Below the pieces are notes generated by a model. That model had not been told where the DNA came from. It saw only the letters and a program-made list of their open reading frames with translations, and made no database searches. A DNA stretch of 64,000 nucleotides from the NCBI GenBank assembly GCA_042408215.1, contig JAYFMW010000028.1, positions 1 through 64,000 of the forward strand. The letters are read 5' to 3'. Positions within the stretch are counted from its first letter, which is position 1, and the number at the start of each line of letters is the position of its first letter. This DNA comes from Microcoleus sp. GTDB taxonomy: Bacteria; Cyanobacteriota; Cyanobacteriia; Cyanobacteriales; Microcoleaceae. Of the stretch, positions 21,301 through 29,315 are shown one piece after another. A program made the position numbers and the translations under genes.

Positions 21301-24300
21301 GGAAAAAAAGGCGATCGTACCGATTTCGACTAATACTGAATCTGTCTCAAAAACCGAGATTGCTACTTCAGCAGGACTTACGCATGGGGAATCAGAAACC
21401 GGGTTTTTCTCCGAAAATACTTCGTTACAGCCCACAGATTCGCTAAAAAACCCGGTTTCTTTGGTCGAAGAGCATCAGCCATCTTCAGATACAACTGTAA
21501 CGCCGGTGGTGAAGATTGAAGAGGAAAAAAAGGCGATCGTACCGATTTCGACTAATACTGAATCTGTCTCAAAAACCGAGATTGCTACTTCAGCAGGACT
21601 TACGCATGGGAGTCCAGAAACCGGGTTTTTTGACGAAAATACTTCGTTACAGCCCACAGATTCGGTAAAAAACCCGGTTTCTTTAGTCGAAGCGGATCAG
21701 CCATCTTCAGATACAACTGTAACGCCGGTGGTGGAAACTGAAGAGGAAAAAAAGGCGATCGTACCTGTTTCTACCTCAACAAAAGATGCGCCTGCTTCAG
21801 AGAAAACTGTAACGACATTAGTTGAAACTGAAACTCAAACTCAAACTCAACCTGCACCTCAACCTGCACCTAAAAACCTTTCGACAGTTGAGATAGAAAC
21901 CAAGACTAATCAACCGCAACCTGCTGTTACTCTCAGTCCAAAAAATGATGACAAACCAGCCATTTCTACTCAAGAAGTTGCTAAAGTTTCTCAGCCGATC
22001 GCCCAGGAAAGTAAGCCAGCAATTTATCCTCAAGAACTTTCGGCTGTCAATCAGTCAATTGCCACAGATAGCAAGCCAGTAACTGCCACGCCAGAAGTCG
22101 CTAAGCCAGCAATTGCTACTAACAGCCAGCCAGCAATTTCTCTTCAAGAAGTTGCTCCTGTAACTCAACCTGTCGCACCAAATGCAATTAGCACAATAGC
22201 CACAAATAGTCAACAAAAAACCAGTACAGATCCCATAAACCCCGTACAAAATGTCGGCTCTAATCCGGCTGCAATGGCTACCTCATTCCATTTTTTAAAA
22301 GCATCTCAGCCCTTAGTCGGTATTATTGGCACAGGATTTAATGTTAATAATTTTGACATAGACTACAGTCGCATTACTCTCGGAAAAGACCGCATTGCTA
22401 ACGATGACAATCCCTTAATTAAATCCGGTGAAGGTAGCGAACAAGGTACTCACGTTTTAGGCTTAATTGCCGCCACTCAAAATAACAGCAAAGGCATCGA
22501 TGGTATTAACAACGAAGCACCGATTTGGCTGGGTCGGGCTAGCGGCAACAACAGTTGGGCAGAATCCTTAATTGAATTTGTCGATACTGCCAAAAAATCT
22601 GCTCAATCAAATGCAGTTGTTAACATCAGTTTTGAACTAACTCAAGTTGATGCTAGCGGCAAGATAGTTCCCCGCTACGAACTGACAGAAGCCGAAAACA
22701 ATGCCCTAGAATATGCTCGCAAAAATCACATAGTTGTAGTCGTTCCTGCGGGCAACAATCCCCAAGAAATATCGGCTTTAGGGAAAGCATCTCTTCAGTT
22801 TGACAATATCATCACCGTCGGTGCATCTTCCGGCGGTCAAGTCACAGACTATTCCGGCACTGGCAAGGGTTTAGATATTTTAACAGAAGGAGGAACGCTG
22901 AACAATCCCGTGCGATCGACCGTCGGCGAAAGTACCGGATTGATGGCGGGTACATCCGTAGCAGCCGCCCAAGTTACAGGCGCAATTTCTCAAGTTTGGG
23001 CAGCAAATCCCCTGCTGAATTATCAGCAAGTTATTGATATCATCAAACGCACCGCCACTGATATTGCTTTGCCCAATTGGGATGCCAAAACAGGTGCAGG
23101 ATTGCTGAATTTGGCAGCAGCAGTACCTTTAGCAAAAGCGACTGAAGCTAAACCGCTACCACCAGAAGCGACTGTTCAAGATGTTGTCAGCCAAATCAAT
23201 AACTTAGCTCCAGAACTCGATCAACTGCTAGAGCAATTTAAGGCTGAATCTGACAAAATTTCTGCCAATCCAGACAGTGCTTTAGTCGAACCCAAACCTG
23301 AAGATGAAAAACAAGCTTCCCAAGAACTTGATGCTTTAATCGCAGATCTACAAAAAGACATTGATGACTTGCAAAACGATCCGTTTGCTGATGTAGATGG
23401 CATTGCTAGCGAATATCAATTTGATGCGAAAGACCAACCTTTAATCGGTATTATCGATACTGGTTTTGCTGAAAACAATCCCGATATTGACTACAGCCGG
23501 ATTATCAAAGGTAGCGATTACAATGATAGCGACGATAATCCCTTACTTCCGACCAACGACCCCAAGGCAGAACACGGCACTAAAGTATTAGAAATTATCG
23601 GGGCAAAACAGAATAATGACATCGGCATCAATGGCGTTAATGACGATGCACCGCTGTGGGTTGGACGTGCTGTTGGTTCTGGGAAATGGGCTCAATCTTT
23701 GCGGGAATTTGTGGATGCTGTAAAAGTATCCAAACAGCCCAATGCTATTGTCAACCTCAGTTTTGATTTAATTGACAAAGATGGCAACACTCGCACTAAA
23801 TTTACAGCTGAAGAACGAGCCGCCATTGAATACGCTCGCGACAATAAAGTCTTGATTGTAGCAGCGGCAGGAAATCAAGGTGTCGAAGGTTTATCTGCTT
23901 TGGGGAAAGCTTCGCGGGACTTTCCCAATATCATCACAGTTGGTGCGGCGGATTGGAATGGCAATCTTGCTGACTATTCTAGCTACGGTGCGGGAATAGA
24001 TTTAGTTGCTTTTGGCAGTACCCCTGAGAGCCAAGCAAGTTCTAATACTACTTCCAATGAGGATTTGCTCAAAGATTTAACTCCGCTTGAACGCCAAGCT
24101 GTGGAAAAAGCGATTAAATTTAACGAAGCACCAACTGAAGATGCCAAACTGACAGAAGCTGAGGAACAACTTGTCTTAGAAGCGACTAAAAAACTAGGAA
24201 AGGCGTTAGGAGATATTAAGAATCCTGATAGCAATTGGGCGGCATCAATTCCCGAAATTGTTGGTACTTCGATTGCTGCGGCGAAGGTGACTGGTGCGGC

Positions 24301-25372
24301 TTCTCAAGTTTGGGCGGCTAATCCAAATTTGAGCTTGGCACAGGTGAAAGCTATTCTCAAAGCTACTGCGGTTGATTTGGGTACTCCCGGCTGGGATATT
24401 CAAACAGGTGCGGGTTTGTTGAATCTGGCTGATGCTGTAGCAATGGCTAAATCTCCGCCAACTGGACTTGATGTTGCAGATAGTATTTTGTCCTCAAATT
24501 CTGATGTTTGGAGTGGGGAAGGTGCTAGCGAACAAGAGGCTCGTGGCTTTTTCAAGAAATTATGGAATGGAGCGAAGAAAGTCTTTAACAAGGTGAGCGG
24601 ATTTGTTGGCAAAGTGGTAGGTTTTGTTAACAAAGTATCGAGTTTTATCGGCAAGGTTAAGGACTTTTTCTCTAAAGTTAGCGGTATTTTTTCGACGGTT
24701 AAGAAGGTATTTAGCTGGATTAGTACCAAATTCTTGGCTCTGCCTATCTTGGGGAAAGTTGGGATAGTTTTAGGAGGAATTGCTCTGGTTGGAGGTGCGA
24801 TCGCAGGTTTGGTTGCATGGTTTAAGAAGAAGCAACAGCCCCCTGCACAGCCACCTGTTCAAAATACCACTCCGCAGGAAATTATCGATCTCCAAGGAAT
24901 TTGGGGCGGCTTGCCAACTGTACTAAAAACTGCTCTGAAAAATGGGATTAATAGTCCTTATGGGCGACCGCTTTTTCAGGGAGATCCGGCTGGTATCTTG
25001 CCACTAATCCAGACTTTATCGAGCATCAATCCAGGACTGAATTCTACATCGCCACAACTTTATTCTTGGCTGTTATATGGCACGCCAGCTCAGTTTCTAC
25101 CAGTGTTACAGGGTTCTGCACCAACTCCTGCACTGCCAGCGGACGTTGCTAATGCTTGGAGTGTTCTGAATCCACAGCAGAAACAAGAACTTTTGAAGTT
25201 CCTGCAAGGTGGAATTCCGCAGCTATATCAGCCCCTGTTTAATGGCACCGATCCTGATGGTATTTTGCCACTATTAAATGGTTTAGGTGGAATATCACCC
25301 AATGCTCAAAGCACTGTTTTGACTTTCTTACCAGGGGGAATTCCCAGTCCGTACCAGCCAAATTTTCCCTAG
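18302..25372 (+). CDS. giant S8 (subtilase) protein: low-complexity repeats, DUF4114-like domain, two S8 domains, cationic amphipathic segment and TM helix
   Basis: MEDMR..SDRDYNDFVF; S8#1 IIGTG/EQGTHV/GTSVAA; S8#2 IIDTG/EHGTKV/GTSIAA; GFFKKLWNGAKKV... Confidence 0.85.
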   Translation: MATTNEVSSNLLIDVLITDTLPGSAAKNSILNPLSSSNSQNIGGSPLIADTKTQPIIEPEKLSSATDTLNSKNAIAEPNSKKIDDSLIVSDTLKGGLSGSASTSISQDTISSSPGTDVKDTLTGSTKDAQLVVIKGDSITATDSLTNPQSVEKIPSEKSPDTLAEKETKPEIAIAQNTSVAESKPTTTTLAETQTKTEIAIAPNTSVTESKPATTTLAEKETKTEIAIAPNTSVAESKPATTTLAEKETKTEMAIAQNTSVVSESKATTTPDTLATKESKPEMAIAQNTSVAESKETTTPDTLVAKESKPEMAIAQNTSVVSEPKETAISEAIKPDNSTAEKPATTVADVSKDSNPEKSPASSTENNKQSTDNTEVVAVETQKELSPTVPKSEPVADNSFTSGKFVVDSTGQVGIDFLFDGGLYKGQLAIISLKGMEKFSPGSEEFLKEVASRALSNSAKGHVVIDDLSEGAKFTGNLPEGNSNDGSYLGVKTFAMTPGEEFGVMLVPNGTVQEVLNNPAIGGDKRPLFSMVTANPAEGFYLGQIADVTGSGKTFTMEDMRVDLGSDRDYNDFVFQVRGATGQAVNLDSVINADKDWRKTDMGQALIAYAKPYVEPKLEPVKEDAKPVTNSESNSVLDVPISDTLPTAKEDAKPVTNSVETKDVAVSETKVTPTDEAKTEPIAPVSTATESVSKTEVATSDTTVTPAVKIEEDKKAIVPVSTATESVSKTEVATSAGLTHGESETGFFSENTSLQPTDAVKNPVSLVEDHQPSSDKTVTPAVKIEEDKKAIVPVSTANESVAKTEVATSDTTVTPAVKIEEDKKAIVPVSTATESVSKTEVATSTELTHGSPETGFFDENTSLQPTDSVKNPVSLVEADQPSSDKTVTPAVIIEEEKKAIVPVFTPNESVSKTEVATSDKTVVSEVKIAEEKKAIVPVSTATEPVAKTEVATSDTTVTPAVKIEEEKKAIVPVSTATESVAKTEVTTSDKTVTPAVIIEEEKKAIVPISTNTESVSKTEIATSAGLTHGESETGFFSENTSLQPTDSLKNPVSLVEEHQPSSDTTVTPVVKIEEEKKAIVPISTNTESVSKTEIATSAGLTHGSPETGFFDENTSLQPTDSVKNPVSLVEADQPSSDTTVTPVVETEEEKKAIVPVSTSTKDAPASEKTVTTLVETETQTQTQPAPQPAPKNLSTVEIETKTNQPQPAVTLSPKNDDKPAISTQEVAKVSQPIAQESKPAIYPQELSAVNQSIATDSKPVTATPEVAKPAIATNSQPAISLQEVAPVTQPVAPNAISTIATNSQQKTSTDPINPVQNVGSNPAAMATSFHFLKASQPLVGIIGTGFNVNNFDIDYSRITLGKDRIANDDNPLIKSGEGSEQGTHVLGLIAATQNNSKGIDGINNEAPIWLGRASGNNSWAESLIEFVDTAKKSAQSNAVVNISFELTQVDASGKIVPRYELTEAENNALEYARKNHIVVVVPAGNNPQEISALGKASLQFDNIITVGASSGGQVTDYSGTGKGLDILTEGGTLNNPVRSTVGESTGLMAGTSVAAAQVTGAISQVWAANPLLNYQQVIDIIKRTATDIALPNWDAKTGAGLLNLAAAVPLAKATEAKPLPPEATVQDVVSQINNLAPELDQLLEQFKAESDKISANPDSALVEPKPEDEKQASQELDALIADLQKDIDDLQNDPFADVDGIASEYQFDAKDQPLIGIIDTGFAENNPDIDYSRIIKGSDYNDSDDNPLLPTNDPKAEHGTKVLEIIGAKQNNDIGINGVNDDAPLWVGRAVGSGKWAQSLREFVDAVKVSKQPNAIVNLSFDLIDKDGNTRTKFTAEERAAIEYARDNKVLIVAAAGNQGVEGLSALGKASRDFPNIITVGAADWNGNLADYSSYGAGIDLVAFGSTPESQASSNTTSNEDLLKDLTPLERQAVEKAIKFNEAPTEDAKLTEAEEQLVLEATKKLGKALGDIKNPDSNWAASIPEIVGTSIAAAKVTGAASQVWAANPNLSLAQVKAILKATAVDLGTPGWDIQTGAGLLNLADAVAMAKSPPTGLDVADSILSSNSDVWSGEGASEQEARGFFKKLWNGAKKVFNKVSGFVGKVVGFVNKVSSFIGKVKDFFSKVSGIFSTVKKVFSWISTKFLALPILGKVGIVLGGIALVGGAIAGLVAWFKKKQQPPAQPPVQNTTPQEIIDLQGIWGGLPTVLKTALKNGINSPYGRPLFQGDPAGILPLIQTLSSINPGLNSTSPQLYSWLLYGTPAQFLPVLQGSAPTPALPADVANAWSVLNPQQKQELLKFLQGGIPQLYQPLFNGTDPDGILPLLNGLGGISPNAQSTVLTFLPGGIPSPYQPNFP

Positions 25373-25845
25373 GGCTGGCTGATTTCCAAAATCTAATTGT
25401 TACCCAACAATCGCAGATTCAAGGCACTCAGTCAGCCCTGCAAACCTACCAAGATCAAATCAACGAAGCTAATACTTTGGTTAATCAACTCGAACAGCAG
25501 CGACAGGAGGCTCAAAATGCTGCTAATTACTGGAACAGCCAGATTTATACTTGGGGCATTGTCGGCTGGCAAAGAGGTCGTTCAGGACGCCAAAATCCTA
25601 TCTACGGCACGATTTACAATCCGCAGGCTGTAGCTTATCGAAATGAGGCACAAGCGGCTGCTAATATGGCGGCTCAATACCGAGATATAGCTGCACAAAA
25701 AGCCCAAGAGTTAACTGCTGCTTTGCAGCCACAAATCACAGCGCTGCAACAGCAAGTATCGGGAGAGCAGCAACAATTGCAATCGCTTGTACAACAGCAA
25801 CAAACATTGCAAAATCAGCCGCAGCCCGCAATTGCTGCACCGTGA
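25363..25845 (+). CDS. frameshifted Gln-rich coiled-coil C-terminal continuation of the giant S8 protein
   Basis: The -1 frame is open from 25363 (FSLGLADFQNLIVTQQSQ...) through ORF 25477-25845. Confidence 0.6.
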   Translation, partial: FSLGLADFQNLIVTQQSQIQGTQSALQTYQDQINEANTLVNQLEQQRQEAQNAANYWNSQIYTWGIVGWQRGRSGRQNPIYGTIYNPQAVAYRNEAQAAANMAAQYRDIAAQKAQELTAALQPQITALQQQVSGEQQQLQSLVQQQQTLQNQPQPAIAAP

Positions 25846-25922
25846 TTTGAAAGCCGATCGCCCTTTCTCAATTCCTAGGGGCGATCGCACTTCAAAAATA
25901 TTGCTCTTGTCAGATAGTTTAT

Positions 25923-26744
25923 TTGGTGAAAATGGGTTTTATGGTTACTACAAACAATCGATCGACTGCTGCGGCAAGATATTGCAATCCTCTGACACTA
26001 GCCTTATTAGCACTAGGTTTGCTGTCCCCTTTACCTGCGCCAGCAGCATCCTTAACGCCAGTTTCATTAGAACTGCAACTGCTGATTGATGTATCTAGCA
26101 GTGTGGATTCTAGAGAATACAACTTGCAGCTAGGAGGCTATCAGAGTGCTTTCACTAACCTCGCACCCCGCTTCGGGGCTGTTGGTTTTGGCGATGTTGC
26201 AGTTAATACCGTACTTTGGTCGGGAGCAAATCAACAACAAGTTGCAATTCCTTGGTTTTTAATTAACGACTCAAGAAGCGCGATCGAGTTTGCGAATACA
26301 ATTGCTGCTCTCAGTCGCCCCTTTGCTAACAAGACCGCTCCCGGTTCTGCTATAAATTTTGCAGTTCCTCTATTTGCAAATAACCAATTTGAAGGTAAGC
26401 GCTGGGTAATTGATGTTTCCGGCGATGGTAGACAGAATCAGGGATATTCAACATTCCAGGCCCGCGATCGCGCGCTGGCTATGGGTGTCACCGCTATCAA
26501 CGGATTGCCCATCCTAACCGACGATCGCAATTTATTGAGTTGGTATCAAGCCAATTTGGTTGGCGGTAGAGATGCTTTTGCGATCGCAGCGGGGGATTTT
26601 ACTGAGTTTGGAACGGCGATTGAAAAAAAATTAGCTCGCGAGATCGAACCTATTAGCAGCGAACCCGTTCCCGAACCAATGACAGTGTTAGGTACTTTAG
26701 CTTTTGGTGCAGTCGTTTTCCGCTGGCGGATGCAGCGAAAGTAG
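25923..26744 (+). CDS. DUF1194 (vWA-like) PEP-CTERM protein
   Basis: LLIDVSSSVD..EY.LQ, VIDVSGDG, INGL.I, VPEP..TM..RMQRK. Confidence 0.85.
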   Translation: MVKMGFMVTTNNRSTAAARYCNPLTLALLALGLLSPLPAPAASLTPVSLELQLLIDVSSSVDSREYNLQLGGYQSAFTNLAPRFGAVGFGDVAVNTVLWSGANQQQVAIPWFLINDSRSAIEFANTIAALSRPFANKTAPGSAINFAVPLFANNQFEGKRWVIDVSGDGRQNQGYSTFQARDRALAMGVTAINGLPILTDDRNLLSWYQANLVGGRDAFAIAAGDFTEFGTAIEKKLAREIEPISSEPVPEPMTVLGTLAFGAVVFRWRMQRK

Positions 26745-26800
26745 CAAGATCGAATACCGTGCGATCGCCCTTACCAAAATCTCAACAAACAAAAACCTGC

Positions 26801-26898
26801 GCGATCGCCCCTCTCCCAGAAACCGGGTTTCTGCGATAACTTTTGCATTACAACCGAGATTTTGCTAAGAAACCCGGTTTCTTGATCTACGCGATCGC
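26801..26898. repeat. single HIP1-bounded AGAAACCGGGTTTCT/AGAAACCCGGTTTCT palindromic unit
   Basis: GCGATCGC at both ends; arms separated by about 35 nt. Confidence 0.85.
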
Positions 26899-26935
26899 CC
26901 TGTGATATAATCCAGAAATAACTCTAATTTTTACT

Positions 26936-27166
26936 ATGAAACAATTAACCAGAATCACGCTTAATCCCCAAGTTATGGGTGGCAAACCTTGTATCCGAGG
27001 CATGAGAGTGACAGTAGGCGCGATCGTCGGTCTGATGGCATCCGGTCACACCCCCGCCGACATTCTTAAAGCTTACCCTTATTTAGAAGAAGCAGACATT
27101 TATGAAGCCCTAGCTTATGCAGCTTGGCGAGTCGAAGAACAAGAAGTTCCCTTGTTGCTGGCATGA
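26936..27166 (+). CDS. DUF433 antitoxin-like protein
   Basis: RITLNPQVMGGKPCIRGMRVTV..YPYL...DI.EAL.YA. Confidence 0.9.
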   Translation: MKQLTRITLNPQVMGGKPCIRGMRVTVGAIVGLMASGHTPADILKAYPYLEEADIYEALAYAAWRVEEQEVPLLLA

Positions 27167-27531
27167 AAATATTAATAGACATGAACCTATCACCCGACTG
27201 GGTTTTGGTTTTTGCTAAATACTCAATTGACTCTCTTCACTGGTTAAATGTCGGAGAACCAACCGCCCTAGACCAAATAATTATGGCTTGGGCCGTTACC
27301 AACGGCTACATTGTTTTCACTCACGACCTAGATTTTGGCATACTTCTAGCTACTACCCAGGCTAATGCTCCAAGCGTAATTCAGGTAAGAACTCAAGATA
27401 TTTTGCCCGCTACTTTAGAAAATATTGTAATTCCAGTTCTGCGTCAGTTTGAATCAGAATTAGAGCGCGGTTCTTTAATAACGATCGATCCCTCGCGTTC
27501 GCGAATCAGGATTCTGCCGATTATTACATAA
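27163..27531 (+). CDS. DUF5615 PIN-like toxin
   Basis: MKILIDMNLSP, FTHDLDFG; ATGA overlap with DUF433 gene. Confidence 0.88.
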   Translation: MKILIDMNLSPDWVLVFAKYSIDSLHWLNVGEPTALDQIIMAWAVTNGYIVFTHDLDFGILLATTQANAPSVIQVRTQDILPATLENIVIPVLRQFESELERGSLITIDPSRSRIRILPIIT

Positions 27532-27561
27532 GCCAGAAATATAACCCCTAGAATTAGAAGA

Positions 27562-28058
27562 GCGATCGCACTTCTCTCCCAGAAACCGGGTTTCTACGAT
27601 CGCTTTTGCATCCCACCAAGATATTTAGGAAGAAACCCGGTTTCTTAATTCACGCGATCGCCCCTCTCCCAGAAACCGGGTTTCTGCGATAACTTCTGCA
27701 TCCCACCAAGATATTTAGGAAGAAACCCGGTTTCTTAATTCACGCGATCGCACCTCTCCCAGAGCCCAGAAACCGGGTTTCTGCGACAATCTTTGCATCC
27801 CACCGAAATATTTAGGAAGAAACCCGGTTTCTCGATCCTACGCGATCGCACCTCTCCCAGAAACCGGGTTTCTCCAATAACTTTTGCATCCCACCGAGAT
27901 ATTTAGGAAGAAACCCGGTTTCTCGATCCTACGCGATCGCACACCTCTCCCAGAAACCGGGTTTCTGCGATAACTTTTGCATCCCACCGAAATATTGAGG
28001 AAGAAACCCGGTTTCTTTAACCCACGCGATCGCACCTTTCCCAGAAACCAGGTTTCTA
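27562..28058. repeat. tandem array of about 5.5 HIP1-bounded 90-98 bp palindromic units
   Basis: GCGATCGC at 27562, 27654, 27744, 27842, 27933, 28026; each unit has cccagaaaccgggtttct-N~35-agaaacccggtttct. Confidence 0.92.
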
Positions 28059-28102
28059 CTTGAAGTCCCATATATTAACTTTTATTACAAAAACTCCGAT
28101 TT

Positions 28103-28128
28103 TGCGTAAAAATACCCCGCGAAATCCG
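28103..28128 (+). promoter_or_regulatory. candidate alternative-sigma promoter upstream of GNAT gene
   Basis: TGCGTAAAAA-TACCCCGCGA-AATCCG followed by CATAAACAATAG. Confidence 0.5.
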
Positions 28129-28182
28129 CATAAACAATAGAAGGCCTTCACCTTCGGAGCAAATTCACCCCCCAAAAAACCG

Positions 28183-29232
28183 ATGACAGCCACAACTATA
28201 CCGATCGCCCCCATCGCCCCTTACAGCCACCGTCTAGCCACCGCAACCGACGCAAAGGCGATCGCCCCCCTTTGGCAAGCATTCGCCGCAGAACGCGAAT
28301 CCATCGACCCCTCAATGCTAGTCAAACCTAACTTCGACTTTGAAAAATACGTCACCAGCCAAATCGAAAAACCCCTTTCTTTCTGCTGGTTATTAGAACA
28401 CAGCGACACCATCATCGGCTGTCTATTTATCTACTATTACGACGAAGCCCCGCCCGCGAATCTCCCCGAATACTTGATTCAGCAACACAACATTGACAAC
28501 CCTTTTCAACCCCGCCGCGTCGGTTCCGTTTTGGGAATGTACGTCCAACCAGAACATCGGAAATCAGAAGCAATTCAAATGCTAGCAAAAGCTGCGATCG
28601 CCCATGCAAAAACCATGAAAGTTAGCGATATCGACTTACTAATTGCCGCAGATCAATCGGGTATGCAAGCCTTTTTACAGCGGGCTGGATTCACCAAAGC
28701 CGCCGTGCAATATACCCGCCATTACGACATTTCAACGGATGCTGAATTACCGAGTTTGCACCCGCCCCATCCCGAATTGCCCGATGTAGAATTGCCGACA
28801 CCGAGAGCAATTCCTCTACGCCATCCACAAACTAACGAACTCCTTCGCAATTCTCAAGAAGAACCTGTTTTCTTGATGCCCTTAGTTGATGACAAAGGTG
28901 AATTGCTGAAGTCATCTAGCGGTCAACATATTTACCCGGAATTGTTGCTAGATCCCGCAACTAATTCTTGGGTTATTGATGCGGAAGACAAATTAGTGAC
29001 TTGTCCGATTTTGCGGGATGAAAATGGAGAAATTGTCGAAAATCAAGGCCTCGTTCAATTTTCTCGTCCTGCTTACCAAATTGTAGACGGAAAACCTGCT
29101 TTAATGCGAGATGAAACTGGTAATTATGTATTTTGTGATGTTGAACTGAACAAACAGGGGAAAATATTGAAAACTCCTGATGGATTTCCGATTTTTAAAC
29201 AGCCGCAAATCCCGATTAGGACTTACGCCTAA
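28183..29232 (+). CDS. GNAT family acetyltransferase with C-terminal beta-hairpin repeat domain
   Basis: LGMYVQPEHRK motif A, FLQRAGF; repeated D/E-x-x-G turn motifs in the C-half. Confidence 0.7.
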   Translation: MTATTIPIAPIAPYSHRLATATDAKAIAPLWQAFAAERESIDPSMLVKPNFDFEKYVTSQIEKPLSFCWLLEHSDTIIGCLFIYYYDEAPPANLPEYLIQQHNIDNPFQPRRVGSVLGMYVQPEHRKSEAIQMLAKAAIAHAKTMKVSDIDLLIAADQSGMQAFLQRAGFTKAAVQYTRHYDISTDAELPSLHPPHPELPDVELPTPRAIPLRHPQTNELLRNSQEEPVFLMPLVDDKGELLKSSSGQHIYPELLLDPATNSWVIDAEDKLVTCPILRDENGEIVENQGLVQFSRPAYQIVDGKPALMRDETGNYVFCDVELNKQGKILKTPDGFPIFKQPQIPIRTYA

Positions 29233-29238
29233 ATACCA

Positions 29239-29306
29239 AAGAAACCGGGGTTTTTTACCAGTTTGGAAGACTGGGATGCAAGATTTTATAAAAAACCCGG
29301 TTTCTG
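29239..29306. repeat. palindromic AGAAACCGGG/AACCCGGTTTCT unit
   Basis: Same family as the 27562-28058 array; between convergent genes. Confidence 0.8.
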
Positions 29307-29315
29307 CGTCCAAGA

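Noticed and set aside
18745..21657. Several minus-strand ORFs within the giant protease
   Set aside because: Antisense shadows of repetitive coding sequence
27562..28058. CRISPR array
   Set aside because: The sequences between the conserved arms are near-copies of each other rather than unique spacers, and there are no cas genes in the window
27838..28071. 77-aa ORF with KPGF/RNPVS repeats
   Set aside because: Translation of the palindromic array; no coding evidence
11908..29306. Diversity-generating retroelement or prophage
   Set aside because: No reverse transcriptase, no TR/VR pair with A-specific mismatches, and no integrase or phage structural genes seen
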